A stretch of DNA of 63,838 bases, filler included, from Parasitella parasitica NRRL 2501 (Eukaryota; Fungi; Mucoromycota), in the NCBI GenBank assembly GCA_025201805.1. It is 8 parts of 8 records of this genome, joined end to end, with 100 filler letters (N's around TTAATTAATTAA, not from the genome) between each part and the next. Parts side by side here need not be neighbours in the genome. Positions count along the whole stretch, not along the records: positions 44,759 to 52,031 come from MU619242.1; positions 52,132 to 55,092 come from MU619547.1; positions 55,193 to 60,230 come from MU619526.1; 5 more parts are not named here. One strand, given 5' to 3'. This document shows positions 47,103 through 57,820 of the stretch, in pieces. The translations under genes were made by a program, and so were the position numbers. The notes under the pieces are model-generated. The model was not told the DNA's origin. It searched no databases and worked only from the letters and a program-made list of their open reading frames with translations. Within the stretch, counting starts at the first letter, position 1. Every line of letters begins with the position of its first letter.

Positions 47103-49270
47103 AGTGGCATATTGGTGTCACTTGCCGCGGGTGGTGACTGGGGAGCCTCGTGGGGAATAGAAGCAGGATTTGATGGTGTTGCTGTGGTGTTAATATTGGA
47201 TGGAAATACCTGTGCAATTTGTTGTTGTTTTTTGTTCTGAAGGAAAGCATTGAGTTCGGGTGTAGTCAAAATTTCTTTGCGGTGAAAATATTTTGCCACC
47301 GAGTGGCATGTGGGATAACGCATAAAGGAAAGTGAGCGCATCAAGTTATTTTTGAATATGGTTTGTAATTTGATTACCTTTTCGCTATCTGGCAAGGCAG
47401 AATAGCGTTGATCTCGAAGATGGATAGGATCAAAATAATCATAAGAGATTGGATTAACTTTGGCGGCTGTAAATCTGGAGAGAAGCTCTGCTTCATAATT
47501 GGTGTGGATCAGTAGCCCGATCACATTCCAATCAGGACAGTGAGCATCTAGAATACGGACGTTGTCGATGCCTAGAAGTGTCAATTTGGATCGAATGATG
47601 CTTGGCTTCATTCGTTTGTTACTAGGGAAATAAATGTATTTGTATTCAGCAGTAGGTGGTTTTTGTGTTGCGTTGAATATCGTGAAGGCAAGCTCCAAGT
47701 TGGCAGCAGTTGGCTGATGGGATCTAAATTGACCGGGTGCATATTTGATTTTAATGAATCCAGGCTTTCGGGCCTGTTCAGCATAACTGGGAATAGCTGG
47801 GACTAATGGGGGGAAGGAGGGGTTAGTAGTATCAGCGTCCATATTATCTAGGGTGGTTTCCGTATTTTGTGGCGTATTGGTATTAGCTTGTTCCCTGGCT
47901 TGTGTGCTATTGTGGTCAAGATGCATGTCAGTAGTATTCATATTATTGTTGGTATTCATAATTGTATTTTTTTGTCTTTTTTGTTCTTTCATCATGTTTT
48001 TTAACTGTTCAATTTCTTTTTTTTGCATTTCATTTTCTTTTTTCTGTTCGTTTAGTTCTTTTTTAAGCTGTTCATTTTGTTCAATCAAAGTATTAATGTA
48101 GTCAAATTTTTGTTGGTTGTCATTAGCTTGTTCCGTAAGCTTTTTAACACTGTCAAGTAAAAAATTAATCACTTGAAAGTTGTTTGATGCTGTTGGATTA
48201 GTATTGTCGTTTTCAAGCCAAATTGGCAACATGTCATCCTGACTGTCGTGGATAGAGGAGATTGAGGCAGTTGGTTGAGCATCTGTAATCATAATATTTT
48301 CCTCTACAGTGGGAGGGGAGAGGCTGGATTCAGAATGTTGGTGGTTGAGGTGGGACATCATATCCACAATGTTGGAGATATTAAAAATTCGCTTGCAATG
48401 GTTACATTGGAAGCGAGGCCTAGGGGGTGAAGATTTGGTAAATCCAAATTTGACCAAGGTGCCAATGGTTGTGCACTCAATGCAGCTGATTTGCTGTTTC
48501 AGTTTCTGGTACTGCTCAGAAGAAGCAATATCCTCGGCAGAGATCAGGGATGCAGGAGTTCCAGGAAGAGGCGTGAAGTGGGCTGGTGAGGCTGTTGTAA
48601 GATCAGTGTTTTTTGGTTTTTTTGAAATGATTCCAAGGGCCTGATTCATATGAGCCATAGATTGTTCGCGATGACAAACAATACATTGGAACTCCAATGG
48701 TGGTGAATTTCTGTTCATGTCGTCGTCCTCGTCCGAATCAGAGTCGTGTCTCAGGGATGTAATGCTAATGCAACCAATGTTAGTGCAGTGTTCACATGAC
48801 AATTCGCTTTTTGATTTCCCAAATTTGGATACTAGTTCATTCTGTAAGCCAGAGAGCGCACCCGAAAGGCGACTCAGAATGGATGGGGTAACTGGTGTTT
48901 CCGTAAGCTTTCGTTTGTTACTGGTAGAAATTGACTGTAACATGGAGTTGGATGTGTTAATTGAGATAGGTAACTTTCGCATACGCTGTTTGGGAGGCAT
49001 CTGATGGTGGAGTATTTGTGCTGCTTCAGGAGGCGGAGATGATGAATCCGACGCATGAACTATTGCTTTTTTTATTGTTTGTTTTTCTTTGTTTTCTGTA
49101 TTTTTTTCTGATTCTTTTTTATTATTGTTTTCTTTTTTTTCAATGTTTTTTTCTTCTTTTTTGTCATTTGTTTTTTCATTTTTTTGTATTGTTGCAATTT
49201 GCTGGATTTCATCAGACGAGCTCGCACCCGGCCGATTAGTACCTGGTGGAATAATAGGAACACCACGCAT
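47099..49270 (-). CDS. LINE ORF1 (two C4 Zn-ribbon-like motifs, coiled coil, RRM-like C-terminal domain)
   Basis: CEHC...CIVC and CIEC...CNHC, then YKYIYF...NVRILDAHCPDWNVIGLLIHTNY...YDYFDPIHLRD. The stop overlaps the ORF2 start as ATGA. Confidence 0.88.
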   Translation of the reverse strand: MRGVPIIPPGTNRPGASSSDEIQQIATIQKNEKTNDKKEEKNIEKKENNNKKESEKNTENKEKQTIKKAIVHASDSSSPPPEAAQILHHQMPPKQRMRKLPISINTSNSMLQSISTSNKRKLTETPVTPSILSRLSGALSGLQNELVSKFGKSKSELSCEHCTNIGCISITSLRHDSDSDEDDDMNRNSPPLEFQCIVCHREQSMAHMNQALGIISKKPKNTDLTTASPAHFTPLPGTPASLISAEDIASSEQYQKLKQQISCIECTTIGTLVKFGFTKSSPPRPRFQCNHCKRIFNISNIVDMMSHLNHQHSESSLSPPTVEENIMITDAQPTASISSIHDSQDDMLPIWLENDNTNPTASNNFQVINFLLDSVKKLTEQANDNQQKFDYINTLIEQNEQLKKELNEQKKENEMQKKEIEQLKNMMKEQKRQKNTIMNTNNNMNTTDMHLDHNSTQAREQANTNTPQNTETTLDNMDADTTNPSFPPLVPAIPSYAEQARKPGFIKIKYAPGQFRSHQPTAANLELAFTIFNATQKPPTAEYKYIYFPSNKRMKPSIIRSKLTLLGIDNVRILDAHCPDWNVIGLLIHTNYEAELLSRFTAAKVNPISYDYFDPIHLRDQRYSALPDSEKVIKLQTIFKNNLMRSLSFMRYPTCHSVAKYFHRKEILTTPELNAFLQNKKQQQIAQVFPSNINTTATPSNPASIPHEAPQSPPAASDTNMPL

Positions 49271-49406
49271 GTGAATGTTCTTGATAGGAGACGATGTTAG
49301 GAGGTTTGATGATCCCGTAGTAAGGAGTTGGAGATATCACGTGTGGTGGATCAGAAAAGTATAAATATGTTGATGTTTTCAACGCGCGAGAAAACTACCT
49401 ATACTT

Positions 49407-49421
49407 CTCTTCGGTAGTATA
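49407..49421 (+). repeat. 15-bp duplication of the tRNA-Asp 5' end (putative target-site duplication)
   Basis: CTCTTCGGTAGTATA is identical to 51362-51376 (tRNA positions -1 to +14). Confidence 0.9.
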
Positions 49422-51361
49422 AACTAAACTTTTTATTATAGAATGACTTCAAATAGACTGCGTCCCATTCGGGCAAGGTGTCTCATCGGGGCAGGTTGGC
49501 GATTGTTATATATGGATCGAAAAACTTGACATGTCAAGAAAAAAAAGCGGGGAAATCGAATTTACAAAATGTGGGGAAAAGGAGACTACACTAAGATGGG
49601 AGTAAATTATTATAAGCTGCATAAAAAAATGAAAAATTATAAAAAATAAAATATTATGGGCGTCAAATATAAACCAAAAGTAGAAGTGAAAAGAGTTGTC
49701 AGATGGAAAGGGAGCGGCGAGAGAGAGAGAAGAAAAAAATATATTATACCTCCATGGCATTCAAGGCAGCAGCAGGAGCATTAGCATTGGTACCAGTGGA
49801 TGGTTCAGAGGGCGGAGGAGAAGAAGCAAGAGCGAGGGCGGAGACAGGATCGAGATATTTCAAGTTGAAATAATATTCAACTCGAATTCTCTTTTTCTCT
49901 TTTCTCTCGGCAGCAGAGACAGTGATATTAGTGGCAGGTTTCTGTGCAGCACGAGCTGCCAGTGTATCAGCCAAAATGGCATCAAACTGAGCTTGAGTAA
50001 TGAAGTCTTGCAACAACATAGATCGCGCAACAGAAACACGGACCGAGAGACGAACAAAGGTGATGGCACGGAGCACACGTATATTTTGCAAATCCATCAA
50101 TTTTTGCAAACGAGTGGCAGGGTTAGCGGCAGAGAGGGCAGGGTCATGAAGATTGGCATCTTCAAGCGGATCAAAGTCCAGCAAAGGATCAGTATTCAAT
50201 TTTTTGTGCATTGTGGAGGTAAACTCCAAGACGAAATCAGCATGCACCAAGAAACAGACAACACGGTGAGTGGGGAAATGAATGTCAATAACTCGCGAGT
50301 TACTGACACCAATTAGAGGGAGGATCTTTTCACGGTACCAAGATAATAGAGGATGTTTCTGGGCTTTATAGTAAATAAAGCGATAGCCATCACTCGAGGA
50401 AGGCTCAGATTTTGGACTGAATTTTCTAGAAAAAGCAGCCAGAACGGCAGGAGAAGGAGGAGCAGGTTTTTTTGCCTTTCGTTTTCTTTTGACAACAGTG
50501 AAATTGTTATTGGATTGAGTGTTGGCAACAGCAGACGCCGCAACAGCAGCAAAAGTAGGAGTTGTAGTAGTGGTAGCAGCAGAGGAAGGACCTTTGGAGG
50601 TAGAGGTGGCAGGATTTGGAGCAGCAGCTTTATTAGCAGCGGCTTTAGAGGCTGGCCTCGAGGTAGAAGAAAGTACAGGTAAAGATACTTGCGCTTTCAG
50701 CAAATTTTGAGCATCTGTCAATGCAGTTTTTACTACATTGAGTTCAGCTCGTAATTTGGCATTTTCAATGGCTAAGCTTTCAACACTTGCCAGACGAGAT
50801 TCTTGATACGCAAGTTTTTGTGTTAGATCACGAATTTGTGATTGGAAGCGGAGTGCCCACGAAGGGGTTTCGTTATCCAGATCGACAGAAAAAGGAGTAG
50901 CAGGAGAGAAATTGGGGATTGTGGTGGTACCTGAATTCGTGAATTCAGTATCTATTTTATTAGATACCTTGGTCATTTGGGGTAAAGAAGCACGACTGGG
51001 GTTGGTTTTAGTACGAGAGTGTTTTTTGAGAACTTTTTGTGAATCAACACCAAAAAGTGGAGGAGACAAAGAGGAAAAAGGTCGTTTAGATTTGTCTGAA
51101 GAAACTTCAGCAAATGTTTTGTTGGGTTGAGAAGAAGATGCTTGAGAAGTCGATGATTTTGAAGAGTGATTAAAACTTTTTGAGTCCTTAGTAGAGGGAG
51201 ATGCCGTTGTTACTGTTGGTACAGTACGAGATCTAAGTTGCCGTGGCAAAGGAATTTTAGAGTGGTTTGCTTTCTTGGTAGACAGTTTCAATGATTGTTG
51301 CTTTTTCAAAAATATTGCGGGTGTTGAACCTATATGTTATGATGAGAAAGCGAAAGAAAGG
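49422..51361 (-). mobile_element. ORF1-only non-autonomous non-LTR retroelement inserted at the tRNA-Asp 5' end
   Basis: 1940 bp between the two 15-bp repeats, one ORF (49744-51309), 5' end CCTTTCTTTCG, 3' end AATAAAAAGTTTAGTT, no RT. Confidence 0.85.
49744..51309 (-). CDS. LINE ORF1-like protein
   Basis: KRPFSSLSPPLF, coiled coil, GYRFIYY...NSRVIDIHFPTHRVVCFLVHADF...DFDPLEDANLHDP...LRAITFVRLSVRVSVARS. Confidence 0.8.
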   Translation of the reverse strand: MKKQQSLKLSTKKANHSKIPLPRQLRSRTVPTVTTASPSTKDSKSFNHSSKSSTSQASSSQPNKTFAEVSSDKSKRPFSSLSPPLFGVDSQKVLKKHSRTKTNPSRASLPQMTKVSNKIDTEFTNSGTTTIPNFSPATPFSVDLDNETPSWALRFQSQIRDLTQKLAYQESRLASVESLAIENAKLRAELNVVKTALTDAQNLLKAQVSLPVLSSTSRPASKAAANKAAAPNPATSTSKGPSSAATTTTTPTFAAVAASAVANTQSNNNFTVVKRKRKAKKPAPPSPAVLAAFSRKFSPKSEPSSSDGYRFIYYKAQKHPLLSWYREKILPLIGVSNSRVIDIHFPTHRVVCFLVHADFVLEFTSTMHKKLNTDPLLDFDPLEDANLHDPALSAANPATRLQKLMDLQNIRVLRAITFVRLSVRVSVARSMLLQDFITQAQFDAILADTLAARAAQKPATNITVSAAERKEKKRIRVEYYFNLKYLDPVSALALASSPPPSEPSTGTNANAPAAALNAMEV

Positions 51362-51362
51362 C

Positions 51363-51434
51363 TCTTCGGTAGTATAGTGGTGAGTATCCCCGCCTGTCAC
51401 GCGGGAGACCGGGGTTCAATTCCCCGCCGGAGAG
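51363..51434 (+). tRNA. tRNA-Asp (GTC)
   Basis: 72-nt cloverleaf TCTTCGG...CCGGAGA-G, anticodon arm CCCGC-CTGTCAC-GCGGG, B box GGTTCAATTCC, followed by a T-run Pol III terminator. Confidence 0.97.
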
Positions 51435-51550
51435 TTTTTTTTTCATTTTTTTAGGAGGTGTACATAGACGTCGATTGAAGATTGGAAATGTTAAAAAACG
51501 TTATGAAATTACAATTATAATCAAGTGTGGTGTGCTTCATTATAAAATTA

Positions 51551-52031
51551 CAGTAGGTGGATTAATAGTCCGGATGTTTTGCAAAATTCGCTAAAACAAG
51601 ATGTAGATCCTGAACAAATTGTCCAATCATTACGAAATGAACGTCATTCAAGAGAAAAAATAGTCTTTAATATACTATAAAGATTTTATTTTGGTTGGTC
51701 AACGGAGATCGAAATAATTCGGAACTAAAATTCATGTGTGCATCCGGACCATTTTTCAGGGTACTCAAACGAATATGGAAGCTCATCGAATTTCATGCAG
51801 TTTTATATCAAACAGTCACGACTGATTAGTTATCAGTCATAAAATATAAAAACTGTTTTAGTTTATTTTTGGTCTTTTCTTTCTTTCTTTTATATATCAA
51901 ACTCGCATCTCATTGATAATATATAAAATGGTACGCTCTTTGCCTATGGACACTCAAAATAGTATCAAGAATTTATTGCAATCTGGTTATTCTTATTCAC
52001 AAATTATGAAACGCGTTCCTGGAGTCAAAAA
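51551..52031 (+). mobile_element. 5' end of a Tc1-like transposon (cut by gap)
   Basis: TA|CAGTAGGTGG terminus and an internal inverted GTCCGGATG/CATCCGGAC pair. The ORF from 51928, MVRSLPMDTQNSIKNLLQSGYSYSQIMKRVPGVK, resembles a Tc1 N-terminal HTH. Confidence 0.65.
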
Positions 52032-52131
52032 NNNNNNNNNNNNNNNNNNNNNNNNNNNNNNNNNNNNNNNNNNNNTTAATTAATTAANNNNNNNNNNNNN
52101 NNNNNNNNNNNNNNNNNNNNNNNNNNNNNNN

Positions 52132-55092
52132 ATTTTATGATGGGAATCTAGTCTTGTTCACTTCATGCCCCCCTGCTAAACGCAAAAAAATTTGCGTTGA
52201 CCCAGTATGCGGCAAATTTAGATGACTAGGGAACGAAATGGAATCGGTAGACTTTTATAAATATATTCTTTATTTTACGCATAAATTGGAATGCGCCGTA
52301 ATATGGGTTACTTGCCGTTACATTGGATTTAATTAAGTTAGAGTATTTGATTTTCGTTGGCATGTTCGGTGCGCTCGATAAGAAAATCAAAGGGTAACAT
52401 GAGTAGTAATTTATCGGCAAGCTTAAGGTATTTTGGTTTGTGGTGAGCTTTGGCTCTTATATTTGTTTTATTTATATGTTTGTCAATAGAGATGGTGATT
52501 TTTTTTTTTTTTTTTTCAAAATTTGTTTGCACGTTTGTGGAGACGACGAGTTTGCTTTGATAGATTTTTTCGTTTGATAGAGGGGTTCATATGTTTTGTA
52601 TCTCCGGGTGAAGTGTCATTGTTTTCATTTTGTAATGCTTCTCGTCGTTGTAGTTCTTTCACTTTGTCCCAATAATTGGCAATGGGAATAGGCGAGGAAA
52701 ACAGGTCAGGGGTAAGCCAATCATTCTCTCTTTCTCCGTAACCGCACCATTTTGTCAGATATTCGGTGGTACCATCTGGTAGTACACGATGATCACGTAT
52801 TGCTTCGACTTCATATACTTTTTCTTCAAGAGCTGTTTCATCTAAAGATACTACTTTTAGCTCTGAAGGTGTATATTCACGGTGCAACAATTCATTTGTA
52901 TCGTCTTTAAGTACGTAGGTGCCGGCCTGAGTACGTCTGACGACAATGTATGGTCCTGAATAGAGAGGTGCTAATTTATTCTTTCGACCTTCAGCAAAAC
53001 GTATCATTACAGGCGTTCCTGTTGGAATCTGTTCTATTATGTAATGTTTTTTGTTGAATTTTTCGCGATGTAATTTGGCTAATTCATCTGTTCTTTGTTG
53101 GATAGCGGGAAAGACGATGTCATTCATAATTTCTGTTCTTTTTTGAAGTTCTTCAAGTGTCAACGTCTTTCTGCTATTCCTGTTAATTTGTTTAGGTTTT
53201 AAATTTACTTGTCTAGCAAACATCAGGCTAAAAGGGGTACTTGCAGTACGATCTCGTACTTTCATATTAATGGCTAATTGAATTATAGGCAGACGATTAT
53301 CCCAGTTTCGTGTGTCGTTTCCACACATCTTTCTTAAGGTCGAGGAAACTATTTTCACAGCATTTTCGCTATGACCATTTCCTTGTGCATAGTAAGGGGT
53401 GCTGTGGATCATGCCAATGTTTAGTGATTTGTATATGTATTCAGAGAGATTTGATTTGAACTCGCGTCCATTATCAGATAAGGTAACATTTACTGCTAAT
53501 CCATAATCTCCATAAATTGATACTAATAGATTGGCAATAGTATCACTTTGCTTGTTTGGGGCTGCTCGGGCAATGATGTACTTCGTACAGATGTCTACAA
53601 CAACAAGAATATAACAGTTTCCCCGCTCAGTTACAGGTAAGGGTCCGATCATATCCATGCTGATGAAATCAAATGGTTCATACGATACAACACTTTTCGC
53701 CGGGTTAAACCCTTTTTTTGCAACATTATGCAATTGGCACTCCTTACAGGACATCAAAATTTCCTTGACATCATTATAAATGTTCTTCCAATGAAGGCCA
53801 TGATAGGTGTGGATATGCTTTACGACAGCTGCCATACCAAAATGACCAATTTTATGGGCATCCTGAATTATTTGTTTTCGATCACTTTTGGGCGGGCAAA
53901 CATAGTCAGTTGGGGCCTCCTTGAATTCTTTATCAATGATTTTGACAGCAAGTACGTTTAGATTTGGATCTTTCGAATAAATTTTCCTTTGTTTTATAAT
54001 TTGGTTTCCTTTTACTCTTCGTTGTAAAATCAATTTTTCTAATTTCTTGATTTGTTGAGCATATTCATCCGCAAGCTCCTCATCTTCAGTTATAGAAGGG
54101 TACAATCTTGATAGACGATCAGCAAGAATGTTTTCCATTCCTTTTATATGTGCTACCGAGAAATTATATTCTCCCAAAATTTCCAGATAACCTTGGAGAG
54201 TGCTATTTAATGTGGAGGATGTGAACAAATATGTAAGAGCGATATGATCACACAATACAGTTATATTGTTATGACCCCACAAAAGTGGTTTGTATTTTTG
54301 AAAACCATATACTATGGCTGCAGTTTCTCTTCGATTTGTGGACCAATTTCTTTCGGCACTGTTCAAAGATCTGCTTACGAATGCGACATGTTTGATGCGA
54401 CCATAATCATCTTTTTGAAATAGACATGCTGATATTCCTAAAACGCTAGCATCTGTTTGCATATAATATGGCTGTGATGGATCAGGTGCGTAAAGGATTT
54501 GGCTAGACATGAGTATTTGCTTAATTCGTTGTAGTCTATCCGTATGTAATTGATTCCATTTTCCCTTGATGTTTTTCTCATTTCTGAGTGCGTCAATAGG
54601 GGCGGAAATTTTGGATAGCATCGGACAGTAGCTTCTAAGATGGCTGATAACTCCCATAAGGCTACGTACTTGTTTTGTTGTTTTTGGTATTTCCCAGGAA
54701 TCGATATTTGACAATCTTTTTGTATCAATTTTTGTTATATCTTTACTGATAATGAAACCTAACAAATGTACACTTGTTTTGAAAAAAGAACATTTATCAA
54801 TGTTGATTCTTAAGTTTACACTAGTTAAGCGGTTGATTACTAATTGAAGCATCAACGAACTTGAAGTTGCGTCTATTCCCCAAACAACAATATCGTCCAA
54901 ATAATGACAAATTCCAGCTTGGAAATTATCATCAATGCGACTAATGTCTTTATTTTGTTGAAGATACAACTTCTTTAATTCGTTTTTTAGTTCTTGTTCG
55001 ATACCATCAAACAAAACGCTCATTGTATAAACAAATTGGCTAACAAGGAATTTTAAACCAAAGGGGGCTCTACTCCATTGGTAGCTCTGATT
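52132..55092 (-). mobile_element. Ty3/gypsy chromovirus, pol 3' part (RT-RNase H-integrase-chromodomain), PPT and start of the 3' LTR
   Basis: ORF 52516-55023 and upstream: APFGL, HYLDD, QTDAS, ADRLSR, HHCC (H..GHFG...CKEC), SMDM, SDNGREF, GPY motif, YEVEAIRDHR..YLTKWCGY chromodomain. PPT AGCAGGGGGG followed by TG at 52165. Confidence 0.95.
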
Positions 55093-55779
55093 NNNNNNNN
55101 NNNNNNNNNNNNNNNNNNNNNNNNNNNNNNNNNNNNTTAATTAATTAANNNNNNNNNNNNNNNNNNNNNNNNNNNNNNNNNNNNNNNNNNNNAGGCTTTG
55201 CACTCATTACATTTATTATGTCCATCCAATAACAATAAAAAATTTATTGATATATAAAAGCAACTTTTCAAAAACATCACAATAAGATTTCAGAAGAGTG
55301 CCTCTTGTGCAATGATTGCTTTTTAGAAGACTGCAGCATACGTTGAAGCCAAAAGTCTCCTATATTTAATTTAAGCAATCAAGCCAATCTCGTTGTTTTG
55401 ACCAGCTATATAAACACATTTTTCTTTGCCATTTCTGGCAGTAAATTGAATTACAAAATAAAAAGAACAAATTTTTGCTCTCGCATGAACATTTGCGTGA
55501 TCGTGCGAACAAAAATAACTTTTACCAAAAACAGATGCAATCTTTGGAATGCGATATCTCAACGAATACTTAGTATTGAAAGTTACTACAAGTACAAAAA
55601 ATAACCCAAACTATCTCACAAAAAATATTGTTTAATTAAAAACGAGTTATCTCGACTTTTTTTATAAATGTACATTTGGGCCAAATTCATTTATGGTCTC
55701 ACAAGAGCATTAATGCTCCCATGACCTTTAAAATGTTCCCATTTGAGCACATTTATGTTCACCGAGAACATTCAGGACG

Positions 55780-56230
55780 CCATAGTGTTGATTTCTGCCA
55801 GTTGGGAGGCATGAGTAAGCAAACTCTTGTCATGTTGAGCAAGTTTGGCATAAACGTCAGAGATCTACGTAAGTATCCCTGGGTGAGGTTGAACAGCCTC
55901 TGGACGAGGGGCGGTCAAGGTGGGAGTGATAACTGGGGGAGTTACGTTGGTGTCAGGAATGGTGGCTGTTGAGTCCATGGTAATGGAAGAATCAACATCG
56001 TTGTCAGCTGTAAATTGTTTCTTGAGTCGAGAAGATGTTCTGGTAGGTACCGTGGTAGCTTTGAACGTAGACAAACGTCGCTTCTGCGCTAAAGGGAGTT
56101 TGGAGATGTGTTTAGTAGGAGCGCTCTGTCTTGTAGTAGTGAGACGGGAAGACGAGGAAACTGTATTGGTGTTTGCAGGTGATGTGCCTGTCTGAGGGAT
56201 GGTGTTTGTGGTTGGTTTTGTTTGTTCTGG
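55780..56230 (-). pseudogene. possible degenerate retroelement ORF1 N-terminal fragment
   Basis: A Thr/Pro-rich stretch followed by a coiled-coil-like ISDVYAKLAQHDKSLLTHASQLAEIN with stops. Layout like LINE ORF1 N-termini, but no diagnostic motif. Confidence 0.3.
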
Positions 56231-56315
56231 AAATGCTGTGATTTAATAAGTTTTGACCCGTCTTGTCAAACATCAGATGCTATTGTTGAGGATACAGATC
56301 AAATCTAAGCGATAA

Positions 56316-56633
56316 TGTATTATACTCTGTATAATATGTACATCACAAAACGGGCATGAGTAGAAGTGCGTAGCAGAAGGGGATGACTTTATTTAGACAT
56401 GCGTGGTGCCATTGAATGGCGGTGTTATATCAATAACACGGCAAGGTCTCACATCAGAATCTCAGATTAGTCCCAGGGTCTTACAGTAAATCATGGGTAG
56501 GCATGATTTACATTATGCAGCTAGACAATAGAACCCTAGTGTAATGAATGTGTATATAATACATCGAGAGATGTATTATGAATAAAAGTGTAAATCTATG
56601 GCAGATTTATCTTATCAGACTTTTGACATAACA
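56316..56633 (+). repeat. LTR-like sequence (family B)
   Basis: TG...CA-bounded with TATA- and AATAAA-like signals. The 3' ~65 bp recur at 62860-62921. No clear TSD and the left boundary is approximate. Confidence 0.5.
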
Positions 56634-57094
56634 GGCGGATCTTTATCCCAGTACAAAGTGGTGATATCCTATGACATTTGGCTCCTGAGGTCGGTGTTAA
56701 ATCCTGATGAATGTTCTTCCATCAAGCTACAAGGAACAATATTCTATCCCTCATACGTATCTATGCTCTTGTCTTACTAGTAACCACCAAGTTCTGAGGA
56801 ATTGGTTCAAGTCGTACCCAATTATTCCTCATTCTAGATCATGGTCCTATGTTTGCGGCACTGTTAAATAAGTATAAATACCTTCAAAATATACACTAGT
56901 GAAAATCCTCATTCAAGCTTGGTATAGCGAAATAAATATATTCAGTTCTAATTGTATTTTCCTGTCTATTTTGCTATTCGAAACAGCTATGTGTGTTTAG
57001 GATGTAAAGGCTAAGCGAGGTGTTGTGCCTGAGATCAAACTTGGGTATTCCCACAATTATGCAAAAGTATTATACCGTAGTTACACTCATTAGC

Positions 57095-57820
57095 TTTTTT
57101 TTTTTGTTTAAAAGTGTATCTTTATTAAAATTTCATAACAAAATTATAGATTAGGTACAGGCAAGGTCAAGGTGCCAGCTTGAACACTTGTCAAAGACGA
57201 AACGGAAGAAAATAGTAAGCCATGTTTAAACATGCCGAAGCAATCCAGGGCTCCGTGTCTATGACACATTGCCAATGATATTTCCAAAGTGTACTGTACG
57301 CAGTACCAAGACCCACCAGAACCTCTTCATCGAGCATTGACCCGATAGTCATGACAGTTGGGAGGAGATCCTGCAGATACAGCAAGAATACACCATCTCG
57401 CTAATACCGGGCTTTGAAGAAGCAGCCAACAACAAAATGAAACAAGTATTCTGGAGCAAGACCACACAGAGCACAAAGAGGAGACGGAACTTTAGCTGAA
57501 ACTACACAATAGCACCAAGACCAGTGAGCCACACGATCATGCAACAATCGCCACCGAGGTGTTAATGCTTTTGTTGGCAGATTAAGGGACCAAAAAAGAC
57601 GCTAAGAAGGAGGAGGTAGTCGCAAATGGATAGGCAGACAAAGTGGAGGACCCATACGAGAGGTAATGATATCCTTTGCAGGATGCCAATACCTTCGCAA
57701 GGTGTTCAAAGACAAGCGAGCCACAGGGACAGAAGAACGAGAGGAATTGGAAATTGTCCAGTGTGAGCAATCTGGCATCCAAGAAGAAGCACCATCAGAA
57801 CGGGGCATAGTCTGATAGTC
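57095..57820 (-). mobile_element. 5'-truncated L1/Tx1-like LINE 3' end (zf-RVT region plus poly(A))
   Basis: RWRLLHDRVAH...SPLCALCGLAPEYLFHFVVGCFFKARY, LWKYHWQCVID, then AATAAA and an A-tail at ~57095-57105. Frameshifted. Confidence 0.8.

Noticed and set aside
49441-49505. HDV or hammerhead ribozyme (minus strand has CCGATGAG and CGAATGGGAC)
   Set aside because: No upstream GTCCCA partner for P2 and no P1/P3 nest; the hammerhead core CTGATGA..GAAA is not met. Treated as a simple stem-loop.
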